From the NCBI GenBank assembly GCA_964016885.1, contig OZ024741.1:237770001-237834000 (forward strand): a stretch of 64,000 nucleotides of DNA, in the 5' to 3' direction. Below are positions 40,010-52,399 of the stretch, in pieces. The notes below the pieces were generated by a model. It was not told where the DNA came from and did not search any database. It saw only the letters and a list, made by a program, of their open reading frames with translations. The position numbers were made by a program, and so were the translations under genes. This DNA comes from Eledone cirrhosa. Its lineage: Eukaryota. Positions within the stretch are counted from its first letter, which is position 1. The number at the start of each line of letters is the position of its first letter.

Positions 40010-40720
40010 GGGATCTCAGGAACCTTAGTTAGGAATGTAGGCTTCACATGTAGCAGCTGCACCGGGACAGTAAGCAGCAAACAGCCACAGGAAACTAGCA
40101 CTACCAAACTCTGGGAGGGCTCTGTAGAAACAGTAGACAGCTTCTGCTACATAGGTGACCAAATTAGCAGCAGAGGTGGATGTTTTGAAAGTACAAAAAA
40201 CCAGGGTAAGAACGGGATGGAAGAAGTTCAGGGAGCTACTGCCACTGCTAGCTACAAAAGGTTTTTTCCCTCAAAATGAAAGGCAGACTGTATGATGTGT
40301 GCATACGAACAGCAATGTTACATGGTAGTGGGACCTGGGCGCTGTGCATAGAAGACTTGCGTAGATTAGAAAGAAACAAAGCCTGCATGCTCCAATGGAT
40401 GTGTAATAGTAATATACGCAAACAGCAAAATATAAAGGAACTGAGAGAGAGACTGAATATAAGAGGAATGAAATGCTGTGTGCAGGAGATCAGGATGTGT
40501 TGGTATGGACATGTGATGCGTATGAAGGATGGCAGCTGCATAAAAAGGTGCAGAGCACTAAAAGTTGATGGAAGCCACGGAGTGGGGAGACCCAAGAAGA
40601 CCTGGGATGAGATGATAAAAGCTGACCTTGCCCAATTGCACCTCTCAACGGCGATGACACAGGACCATGACCTCTGGCGTCACACAGTAATACAGAAGAC
40701 CCGACTTCCCACGGGTACAA
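40010..40720 (+). mobile_element. RTE LINE 3' fragment (PHD family, second subfamily)
   Basis: FTCSSC (end of the PHD), FCYIG, KGRLYDVCIRTAMLHGS, WYGHVMR, GRPKKTW. Confidence 0.85.
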
Positions 40721-40759
40721 GCCAAAGCCGAAGCATATAGGCAATATGGCCCCATCCCC

Positions 40760-41050
40760 TCCCACTGCAAAGTGGTCGTGGAGGTGTCACGACAAAAAAG
40801 CACCCAGACCACACTGTAAAGTGGACGTGTAGGTGCCACGGAAGAAAAGCACCCAGCACTCACCGTAAATGAGGTTGGTGTTAGGAAGGGCATCCAGCTG
40901 TAGAAATCAAGCCAAAATCAGTTCCTGTATGAGCAAGACAAGGTGGTTAGCCGACCTAACATTGCCCACAACAGGACAACCCATCTAACTCATGCTAGCG
41001 TGGAAGAATCGATGTAAAACGGTGATGATGATGATGATGATGATGATGAT
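40760..41050 (+). mobile_element. Family-B RTE-tailed repeat
   Basis: gttaggaagggcatccagctgtagaaatc and (tga)n tail. 40820-40925 is nearly the reverse complement of 61770-61878. Confidence 0.75.
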
Positions 41051-41109
41051 CATCATCATCATCGTCATCATTTTACGTCCGCTTTTCCCTGCTTGCAAAG
41101 GTAGGGCAA

Positions 41110-41960
41110 CGGAGACGCCCTGGATAGAGGAAACTATAGGGATATAGTCACAGAAAGAGTTATTACTCAACTGATTAGAGACCAAATTGATCTAGATGAA
41201 ATGCATTTTGGGTTTGTGCCAGGTAAAAGTATCACAGATGCTCTTTTCCTTGTACAGCAATTACAGGAGAAGTACCTAGCTAACAGTAAACCCATCTACT
41301 TAGCTTTTGTTGACCTGGAGAAGGCCTTTGACAGAGTGCCATACACCTTAATCTGGTGGACTCTTAGAAAATCGGGAGTGGAAGAATGGCTTGTGAGAGC
41401 TATACGAGCCATGTATAGAGGAACAGTCAGCAAGGTTAGAATTAACGATGAATATAGTGATGAATTTAGCGTAATAGTAGGGGTTCACCAGGGCTCCGTT
41501 CTTAGCCCCCTCCTGTTTATTATTGTCCTACAGGCTATAACAGAGAGGTTTAAGACTGGCTGCCCATGGGAATTTCTATATGCAGAACTATGGCTGAACT
41601 AGAGAGGAAGTTCCAAACATGGAAGCATAAACTTGAATCAAAAGGCCTTAGAATCAACTTGTCTAAAAGGAGAATAGGGCACAGGTACCCTCTGGGAAAT
41701 GGCCATGCTCAGTGTGTAAGAAAGGAGTAGGCAGAAACTCCATTCTATGTCTCAAATGCAAACTATGGGTACATAAAAGATGTAGTGGGATCAGAGATAA
41801 GCTATCTAAGAATGTAGATTTTATATGTGGCTGATGCTCAGGTGCAGTAAGTAGCAAGGACCCACTGGACGATATCTCCTTCAACTGCCCAGATGGTTCT
41901 ATAGAAATAGTAGACACTTTCCGTTACCTGGATGACAAAATCAGCAGTGGAAGAGACGAA
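41110..41960 (+). mobile_element. RTE LINE internal fragment (RT + PHD)
   Basis: FGFVPGKS, AFVDLEKAFDRVP, GVHQGSVLSPLLF, KWPCSVCKKGVGRNSILCLKCKLWVHKRC. Confidence 0.88.
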
Positions 41961-42689
41961 TGGCGATATTACATGGTGGTGAGACTTGGGCATTGTGTGC
42001 TGACTTGGCAGAGCTGATATTAATGCTGCCAATACTTTTGTGACATTATCACCATCATACTTCTAAAAAAAAAAAAAAAAAACATGTTTGTAATCGTTTT
42101 CTCCATAATTTCATATAACACTTTACTTTCCAATACTAACAAGTCGTAGACATTTATACTTGGTACATATGTTGCCATGATAACTGTGTGGAAATATCAT
42201 CAGTGTAACATCAAATATAGCAAAATCTTGCTGTTACTTACACTGTAGGTCATATAGTTGATATTTCTATAAAGTGCACTGAGGTTTTAAAAAATGACTG
42301 GGAATTGTGGGGAAGGGCTGGTTCTCTGGGTGGAGTTTGATGGGGTGTGCTCTAGGATGGTTCCATTTTGCAGTGTTTGTCATAAATAAAATAATGGGCA
42401 GGAGGGGCTCTCTAGTACTGATTGACAACCCTCCAGTTTCAAACCAGGATTACAGGACTCCTTTATCCTTGTGTGGAGATCCTATTAGTGATGGTGCCAT
42501 GAAAAAAATACTGGTTGGTAGAACATCAAATTTGAGTGAAAAAGGAAAAATACAGAAGAAGTAAAAAAGAGAAGAGAAAAATGACTATATCTGTAACAAA
42601 AGGAAGGTTGATCAATGGAACTTAAACCAGAAGACAATGAAAGTAAATGAAATCTTGAAGTATATACATACAAGTAACATATACATACA

Positions 42690-45600
42690 AGTAACTGAGA
42701 GCAACATTTGCACAGGGTGGCAAGTATCATAGTTGTGGAGAATATGAGAATGGCCACAAAGATATCAAAAAAGAAAAAAACACCAAACAAAAACATGCTG
42801 AGCTATGTGAAGGATGTGAGAGAGCAGAAGAGAATAGCATAACTTATTACATAAAAAATTCCATTGGATCATTGCTGTTGGAACTGAAAAAATCAAATGT
42901 GTTGAAAATTGGAAATTGCAAAGAAAAAACAGAATACAAGAAGTGAATTAAAACTGAAAGTAGATGGAAAGAAAAGAGGATGTAAGTAGGCATATTCCTA
43001 AAGTACACTTTTGTTAAAAAAATAAATGAGCATGCTATTTTCAGATGAACTTTTACTAGAAAATACTTGTGAGCACGTTAAAAAATATTAGAATTTAAAA
43101 AAACTCTTGCACAAGGTAGATTCTTTAACATTGATTAACTAATATAGAATTGCATATACAATATATGTGTGTATGTAATAAAAATATAGTGTGCAATTTA
43201 ATAGTTTATAAAATATAGTATTCTTCTTCAAATTGTTTAATGGATCAACTTTATTGCTTGTTCATCACTTATTTGTCAGTTTAATCTGTTCATAAAATTC
43301 ATAAAATACATAAATAGAATAAATTAAAATTTGCGAGGTATATTTATTAATATATTTTAATATTTATAATTATATTATATTAATATTATAAATTTCAGAT
43401 GTATAAAAATCCAGTTGCTAAAGAGGAAAGTAAAAAGATTTGGGCAAAAAATATTTGTCATTTTCAGAAGAGAAAGAAATCTAGGAAAACGAATATTCAA
43501 AGTTCATTAATCGAATTATGCAAGCTACCTACTGAGCAACAGATCGTTGATAGATATATCACTCTTGCTGCTGAAGAGAAAAATACCAAAAAAAGAATTA
43601 AGATAATTACTGGAGAATGTGAAAGTTTATGGGAAAAGTTCAGCTTTCCAACTATCAACAAACTTTCAATACCTCGAAAAATTGAAAAAATAATTTAAAA
43701 AAAGGAAAAAGAAGTGAAAAGACCTGGCTCTGAATTTCAATAATCTGTTTGACATTACAAAAAGATATGGGATATAGTTAGCAGCCGAAGATTTGTCATT
43801 TTATGAAAAGCAAGTTGAGAGTTGTGGAAAGGCTGGGTATACTACAATGAAAATAGACAGTGAAAAGAAAATCCATCCTTCTAAGAGAATTAAAAACAAA
43901 AAACAAGAACTAGATCATGATAAGCCATCCTGCTCATACATTCATCTGGACTCAAATGAAAGTTACAGTGACACCGATACAAATACCAGCGATTACAAAC
44001 CTTCACCTTCACCTTCACCAGAAAAAAAAACGAAAAAGAGAAAACACAGCTCATGCTGTTAACCTAGTAAGAAATACTAAATTATCTAGTAGAAAAGCAG
44101 CAGCAGTTTGCAACGAATGAGAGATGTTGTAGTGATAAAAAAATGATGAGAAAGAAATACGCCTGAGGCCGATGGCATTAACCGATGGAAAGGCTCTTAC
44201 TATATTTAATGGACTGAAAGAAGTTATTGATAAATATGAACTGTGGGAATCAATCGTGATGATAGTCTCCGACACAACTAGTGTCAATACCGGCAAAAAG
44301 GCAGGAGTTGTTGCCATGCTCAACAGTGAGTTTGTGCGTCGCGGTTACAGCAAGCCATTATATGTTGGATGCCAGCACCACATTTTAGACCGTGCATTGA
44401 AAGTTTATTTTGATCAACTATATAGTAGCAAAACAACTTCACCATATATCAATTATTACTTTGTTGAGGCCATTTTAAAGAACTATGACGAACTGAAGCA
44501 GAACTTTTCAAATGGAATGACGGAAATTAATGAAACCCCGACGCGCTGGAGAAGTGACATGGATTTCCTTCAGCATCTCATGATAGCCGTGCAACATTTC
44601 TTTGAAAATGGTGCGTTTCCTAAAATAAATTTTAAGAAATTACCTAATTTGCACAATGCTCGTTGGAATAGCCGAGCAATTTATTTGTTGCTTGGGTTTA
44701 TTTTGATGCCTGATGAACGAGCGAAGCTGCATGCTGGTGCTGAATACATCTGCGGAATGTGGGGAAAAATGTGGTTCTCAAGTCAACTGGATAGAGCTGA
44801 CAGCAAGCAGAAACTCATTGACCAACTAATTAAGGCCAAGTGTGAAAAGGCTGCAAAGACCGTCAGAAAATTTTGGTCTAATGAAGAATCTCCAATTGTG
44901 ACGTAACACTCGAACATTTGCACTGAGCGAGCTGTAAAAGTTGTGCAGGACCTTTTGCCATTTTGTAAAAGTAGTAGAACCTTAGAGATTAAATTTTGTT
45001 TAACTAATAATTAAAATAAATTTTTTATTGTCATAATTTATTGTTTTAGGTATTTATTTTATGGGACTAGCTAATTACCAAAAAATTAAAAATATAATTT
45101 AGTATGTGCAAGAATTTTTTTCAAAATTTACAAAAAAACTACTGTAATTCTTTCTTTATGACAAAAACCTCATTAGAAAATAACATGCTCATATGGGGTT
45201 GTAAAAAAGTCATATGCCTAATGTACAGGCAATTTTACAGGAACACAGAAGCCAAAACTGATTTAGAGAAGAGGTGGATGCAGAAAAATGACCTTAAACA
45301 AAAAAGGGAAGCTTTAATTTGTGCAGTGCAGGAGCAAGCCTTGAGGACAAATTATGTTAAACAACTCATGGGAAACAGGAAAGTGTTGAATGTGTGGAGA
45401 AAAGAGAAAAACTGTGTGTCATGTCACCAGCCAATGCACAAAGCTGGCACAGTATAAATACATGTGACATTTTGATAACATAGCGTGAATTGTTCATTGG
45501 GAGTTATGTAGAAAATATAGCCTTACGTGAGCACAAACCAGGTGTTATACAAAATGACCATGTCAAGATTCTATGGGACCATGAAATTGAAGACCACAAA

Positions 45601-47470
45601 CCAGATATTGTGGTGATCAACAAAGTTAACAATGTTTCATTCTAGATGTAGCTTGTCTCATTGACAATAAGGTTTGTAACAAAGAATTAAAGAAGGTTGA
45701 GAGATACGAACCACTAGCATGGGAGATAAAACATTTGGGGGCAATGAAAAAGGTTGAGGTAATCCCAGTTGTAGTCGGGGCATTTGGTACTGTGAGCAGC
45801 AGAATTGAAAGCAAAAGAACCACGGGGGAAAAGATTCATTGAAAATGCCATAATATGGTTAATGCAGGATCTAAGTAAAATTAAGCAATAGTTTAGGGGA
45901 AAGTGGAAAAATAGGAAACAGGCTGATCAAGAAGGGCTAGACAAGACAGATAATATAGAAGAGTGGATTCCATACAGTAATAGAACAGTTAAAACAGAAT
46001 TCTCTTGAAAAGCCAGAAGATAAGGAGATATGTAAATAGAAATAAAGAGTTTGATGAGAATAGATTGTTCCAAAATAATGCAAAACACTTCATTTTCACT
46101 TTGGGAGGAAACAATGGGAAGGATGCTATCCCTAAGGTCAAGAAGTTCTGGAATGGGATATGGGGAAACAGTATGAGGCATAGAAAGGATGTCAAGTGGA
46201 TAGACATCATCATGACAGAATTGCAAGGAGGAAATTTACAAAGAGATATTACCATAAGCTCAAGCAATGTGAAGGATCAAGTAGCCAACTTACCAAACTG
46301 GAAAATGCCAGACCAGATGGGATATATGGTTTTTGGTTGAAAAGATGCAATGCAGTACATGAAAGACTGGCAACACAATTGAATGCATGTGTCCAGAGAG
46401 GTGCAGTCCCCACCTAGTTGGTTATAGGGCGGACAGTGCTTATGATAAAAGATAGAAGTAAGGGGAATGCTGTGGGAAACTACCACCCTATAGCATGCCT
46501 AAACAGAATATGGGAGGTTCTCACTGGGATATTTGTGGGGGAAGACATATGCTTTTCTGTCACAGGAAAGTATGCTACCAAGGGAACAAAAGGGATGTAG
46601 GAAGAGGTCCCAGGGTACCAAAGATCACCTGGTTATTGATAAGATGTAGTGGGAACTGGAAAAGATTTGGAACTGTCATGAGATCAAGGTCATCCCTATT
46701 GTCATGAGAGCACTGGGTACTATCTCAAAGAGTTTTCAAGGCTGGCTAATGACCATCAGCCCACCCTCTTGTTTTCAAACACTTCAAACAGCATGCCTAC
46801 TTGGAACAGCAAGGACTCTCCATTACATCTTGAATATCTGAGGCTGTGGGTAGCAGCTTGATATTCATCAATGACTGAGAAATCAAGTAAAAAAAATAAA
46901 GGTGATGATGATGATGATGTAAAAAGTATGGATTTCCACGTGCAGAAAAAAGCTATGAACATAAGATGAGAGTGCTAGAGGACGATGAGATAAAGCTCTT
47001 ATAGAATTTTCCCAGTCAGACCGAAGGGAATTGAGAAGGAAAGAACCTGTACTTTCATTGATGTAGAGTGTCCTTTTGACACCAGAATTGAATAAAAAGA
47101 GCAGAAAATAGGAGTTTATACAGGCCTAAAATTTTGAAATGTTGGAGTAATGAAGTGAAGACTGTCACCATTGTTCCAGTGGTGATCAGTGCTCTTGGCG
47201 TGGTGACAAAGAACCTATAGAACTACTTGTCGAAAATAAACTTTGCACCAGGGGTTGAACAGCTCTATAAGACATGTCTCCTGGGAACAGTTTGAATATT
47301 GAGAAAGGTTCTGGGCTACCAGCAGTAGTGAAATGACAAGGAAGGATAGGGGAAGGCTGGAGTTACCCTAGCTTACTAGTTGGTATTCCCTAAAATAACT
47401 GACTCACTGCAACATCAAAGCTGGTCAGGATAAATAGTTAAATAATAATAATAATAATAATAATAATAAT
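42690..47470 (+). mobile_element. Cluster of decayed R4/Dong-like RLE LINE fragments, interrupted by a DNA transposon
   Basis: WKEKR|MY.QFYR across the insertion, EALICAVQEQALRTNY, KILWD...KPDIVVI, PVVVGAFG, PDGIYGFWLK, NYHPIACL, EQKGCRK, and a (taa)n end. Confidence 0.75.
42987..45220 (+). mobile_element. hAT-type (hATm-like) DNA transposon with disrupted transposase
   Basis: TIR taggcatat...atatgccta plus subterminal atgagcatgytattttc inverted pair. TSD atgta-ag / atgtacag. Transposase motifs SDTTSVNTG, GCQHHILD, HNARW, N..TERAVK, with frameshifts and stops. Confidence 0.8.
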
Positions 47471-47554
47471 TGTTTCTACTTTTGGCACAAGGCCAGCAAT
47501 TATCCCAGTGCATTACTGGTACTTTATTTTATAATAATAATAATAATAATAATA

Positions 47555-48198
47555 ATGAAAATGTTTTCTTTATTAACCACAAGGGTTGACATAAAGTATA
47601 ACATTAAGGACAGCACAGGACGGGTCAAATGGGCATTTCTGCCTGTAAAGAAAAAAACAAAGGAAATGACAAAAAAAGAAACAAAGGAAAATTCCCCATA
47701 GGGGAAATTTCTAAGGGACACTCATGGAGGAAGCCCATTAAAAAGACCACGGTGACCCTGACCACCAGGGCAAGTACCTTCTCCCAGTTTTCCATCTCCA
47801 ATTTACAGGTGCATACTCAGAGCAGGCCCATTCACTCGGACCATGCTTGCCTCTCTCACCCATCTTTCAACAAATTAAAATTTGAAAAAGTTAATCAGGG
47901 CATCACTGAAGAGGTAAGTGTTCGTCTTCAGCCCTTTCAAATGCGTCCACCACACAACCTCTTTCTCCATGGCCACCAGGCAGATAAAAACTGCCTGCCC
48001 TTCTTGGCTAAAGGAGGGCGGCGGGGCAATCCTCACGATGGTTCAACTGATAGTCGGATCAGTCCTACATGCGACAGTAGGTGTTCGACATAAACCCACA
48101 AGTCAGCAATGCTCGGACACTGGACGAGTGCGTGCAAGATGGTTTCATCGCCCTGCGCGCATCTCGGACAGGCCCAGCTGGCGGCACTTCCATGCCTG
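47555..48198 (-). mobile_element. 3' end of a Tx1/L1-clade LINE
   Basis: zf-RVT-type CCHC finger CPRCAQGDETILHALVQC, then 3'UTR, aataaa and (att)n. Confidence 0.75.
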
Positions 48199-48216
48199 TA
48201 GAATTTATAACAATAA

Positions 48217-48460
48217 TGGAAACCAGCATATAGAAGAAATACAAAAGATAGTACTAATGGGAACTGCCCATATACTAAGGAAGATTCTGTCAACATAAAT
48301 ACATCACAAGTCTAAACACCTAAAGATACATGTATGTGTTTATGTGTTCTTTCTTGAACATGGCAGACCTTGTTGTCTCTTGAGGTCACTGGTTGTGACT
48401 TGGTGATAACTCTTATGAACATAAAGCAAGATAAATGAAAAGCAAAAAAAATAATAATAA
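48217..48460 (+). mobile_element. R4/Dong-like LINE 3' terminus
   Basis: EIQKIVLMGTAHILRKILS*; inverted near-copy of 52913-53140; ends in (taa)n. Confidence 0.85.
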
Positions 48461-48499
48461 TGACACATATATTAGTGATATCACTAAGACAGAGAGATG

Positions 48500-48880
48500 T
48501 GTATATAAAAAAATGAAGTGAGCATGCTTTGATAGATGTGTGATGTTAGTGTGCATAATTGACAAAACATGGATGAGTTGAGAGAAAAACTAGGTATAAG
48601 ATGTATCAGATGTAGTGTGCAAGAGAGAAAATTGCGCTGGAATAGACATAAAATGCATATGGATGATGCTTGTTGGGTAAGGAAGTGCCAGGAAATTCCA
48701 GTGGAAGGTAATTCCAATAGAGAAAGATCAATTAAGACCTGGACAGAAGTGGTGAAAACTGATCCTAAATCTTTGAAGCTCATAGAGGAGATGAAGGAAT
48801 ACAACAAATTGAGGGATTCTGTACTGGAAAAGGCTCATCCAATCCATGAAAGCATGGAAAAGTGGATGTAAAATGATGAT
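48500..48880 (+). mobile_element. RTE LINE 3' fragment
   Basis: LREKLGIRCIRCSVQERKLRW...KCQEIPVEG, tail ggatgtaaaatgatga. Confidence 0.8.
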
Positions 48881-49807
48881 AATGAAACTATATAGAAAAT
48901 GTTTAAATATAATAAACATATCTTTAGTTTCACTGTGGGTATTTCAAGATATGATCATATCACAGCTATCTCAGCATTGAAGTAAGAGTGATGGAGGCAT
49001 TTTACTGTTGTTATTGTTCATTAATCTTCGCTTACCTATCACTAAATGCTGAGGTATAGAAGACAGTATCTTATATATTTCACAAACAAACTATTACTGT
49101 TGAGGGATTATTTACATATAGTGCAAGCTTGACCAGCTAGTATTAGTTAGTGGTGTCAATAGCACAGCATGATACAAAAGAAAGGTATGCATGTTTACGT
49201 ATAATAAACATAGGTGGCAAATTGGCAGAGCCATTAGAACACTGGATAGAATACTTTACGGTATTCATTCTGACTCACTGCACTCTGAACTCAAATCCTG
49301 CTGAGACCAACTTTGCCCTTTCTCTTTTTGAGGTCGATAAAAAATGTACCAGTCAAGTACTGAAAGTCGATTCTTCCTCTATATTTATATTTTACTTCCT
49401 CTCTATCACTCTCACCTCTTGAAGAAATTGGCTGTTTAGACTCAGAGAGGAGATGAGCTTTGTCAGGTTTAAAAAGTGCCCAAGAAAGGCTGTATGTCAC
49501 TACAGCATCCCTATACCTCCACCAGGAGTTACGAGTACATACATAATAAACGTATTTAATTTCATTGTGAGTATTTTAAGCTGTGAACATGTCACTACTA
49601 TCTCAGCATTGAGGTAAGAGTAGTGGATATATTTCAGAGTTCGTCAGTACTTACTTATGTCCAGATGTTTGAACATTGCAAAATGGCCCTATCTGTAAAT
49701 AAGCCTTCACCATATGTAGTTTGTTTTGAAATCTATCAGAAAATATTGTCTTCCATAACTCAGAAAAAAGAAAAAAATATTCGGAAGATAAATCTAGTCA
49801 ACATATA

Positions 49808-49995
49808 ATTGTTTCTACTTTTGACACAAGGCCAGCAATTACCCAGTGCATTACTGGTACTTTATTTTATCGACCCCGTAAAGATGAAAGGCAAAGTTAA
49901 CCTCGGCGGGATTTGAACTCAGAATGGCAAGGGCCGTAACTCCATACATCAAAGCATGGCGTTCGACCCTCTACTGATACTGCCAATCCACCGCC
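49808..49995 (-). mobile_element. Family-A SINE, young full-length copy (older + copy at 49212-49380)
   Basis: Reverse complement of 36960-37146. Confidence 0.9.
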
Positions 49996-51649
49996 TAGTC
50001 AACATATAATATAATATAATTAGTGATACACGAGTTTATATACGATTATGCACACATAGACACACATGCACACACACACATACACACATACATGCACGCA
50101 CACACAGACACACACACACACACACAGACACTTACACAGACACACACACACATGCACGCACACGCACACATGCATGCATGCATACATACATACACATGCA
50201 CATATACACATACATACACATATGCACACACACACATGCACCCACACACACAAACTATCTAACCATTCTAAAATTATTGAAAAAAAAACTTAGTTAAAAT
50301 ATCTCCCAAAGAATTTCTTCATTATCTGTAATTCAGTACATACATAATACAACTATTCCTAAAAAGAAAAAAGGAAACAGAAAGAGATAAGTTATTTGGT
50401 ATAACCCCCCCCCCCCCCCCATTAATCTACAAGTTTCTACTTGAATAACAAATACATCCTTTAGACTCATAGAGAAACACTACAAATACTGCAAATTGTT
50501 TAACAGGAACAGTGAAGCTTTCTTATTCCACCACACTCAATTTTGCACCGTCAAATTAAAAGAGAAACTCACTCAAACAAGGAGAGGCTCCCATGTAATT
50601 GCAATTGCATTAATAGTTTATGCTCCCTCAAAGAATAATACTGCTGCTGTTGTTGTAGTTGTTTTTCCCATAGCACCATCATGAAAGCAGAGATAAATGA
50701 AATCCCCACACCCTCAGTACCACCAGCACTTGAAACTGTTAGGTATGGCATGGAGAAGAAGGAAGACCATAGAGGAGAGCAAATAATGAAACATGGGACA
50801 AAGGAAAAGAATGAGAAAGAAGTAAAGTAAGAGACGTTAAGTCCCTTATGGAGAGTCCCACCCACTGGAATGCCTGAATTTTACAGTAATTCAATAGAAC
50901 GCTCATAGCCTACTTCATATATATATATGATTGAGTCGTCAGGGACTAAACAAACAACCTGACCAAGCTTGCTTGGTGAGGAGGAGGATTTTGGGGATGA
51001 AAAACCAGTCAAAGGGCAAAGAAACTCAGGAGAGTTAATGGCCATTTAATAGTGTGTGCCCCCCCCCCCCAAAAAAAAAAAGAAATAGCTGCTTTGCCTT
51101 GATTGGCTGTTTGTCTTGGAGAAAGATCACCCCGATTTTAAAACCAGAGTAGATGGGATTCCTTAATCACTTTGATGAGAACCTTTCAAGTGGCCAACGG
51201 TTTCATTCTTGTGATGAAGGTGGATGAAATGTGACTTGGTAGCCAGCTTTTGAGTAATGGTTGGATGAGGATTCAGGACCCACTAATATCATACTTTTAC
51301 TGGTGAGAATCATGGCCATTCAACATATAGATGAGCATTGAAGCAATTGTCCATGATTCCTGATTCTCAGTGAGGATGGGAAGAAACAAGACCAGTCATG
51401 ATTTTATGGTGAACTTAAAAGGGAACAAAACAAATACTGTGCTGATTGCTGAGGAAATGGGGACAAAATACCAGAGGACAGTTGGTTTTTGAAAACCACA
51501 TCAGCAATCTATCAATAGCCAGAATATGAGTCAGTTAAGGCTGACAATGCCTTTAGGAAACTTCAGAGTGTGTGGGAATGCACGTACATTTCTATAGACT
51601 CTTATCACCAATAAAGAAAAGATGTCTAGTATTGTTATATACTATATTA

Positions 51650-52392
51650 GAAGGTGGTAGATTGACAAAATTGATAGAAAGTTGAACAAAGTATCTTGCA
51701 TTATTTTGTTATGCTTTGACGCACAGAGTTACAGCCGTTTCCATTCTGAGTTCAAATCTCGCCGAGGTTAACTTTGCCTTTCATCCTTACGGGGTCGATA
51801 AAATAAAGTACCAGTAATACACTGGGTAATTGCTGGCCTTGTGCCTAACGTAGAAACAATTATTTTGTTATGGACCTTTATAGTTTCAGTTCAGATCTCA
51901 TTGATCTTAAATTTGCCATTCATCCTTCCAATGTCAATAAAATAAAATATCAGTGGGTCAATTGACTTGAGTCAATTTGATATTTTTATAAAGAGCAGTG
52001 AATTGTAGAATCATTAAAATGATGGAAAATCACCTAACAGGATGTATTTATGGCCATTTATATTCTGAATTTAAACATCGCTGAAGTCAATCTTACTGTT
52101 CATCTTTCTAGAATTGATAAAATGAAATAAATTATCAATATTATTATTAGAAGTAGTACACTCGTATCTATTTACCCCAATATTTTAGTAATTCTTTTGT
52201 ACACAAGAAACCTGTGTATGAGGCCTCAATGGCCAAATAAAGAAACAATTGTTGTTGTTGTTGTTGCAGTAGTAGTAGTAGTAGTAGTAGTTGTTGTTAT
52301 TATTATTATTATTAAGGGCAGTATCGGTAGAGGATCGGACGCCATACTTTGATGCATAGAGTTATGGCCCTTGCCATTCTGAGTTCAAATCA
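51650..52392 (+). mobile_element. Nested/tandem family-A SINE copies of different ages
   Basis: Young copy at 51712-51863 inside an older one; further old copies to 52130; a 5' half at 52316-52392. Confidence 0.75.
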
Positions 52393-52399
52393 CGCCTCC

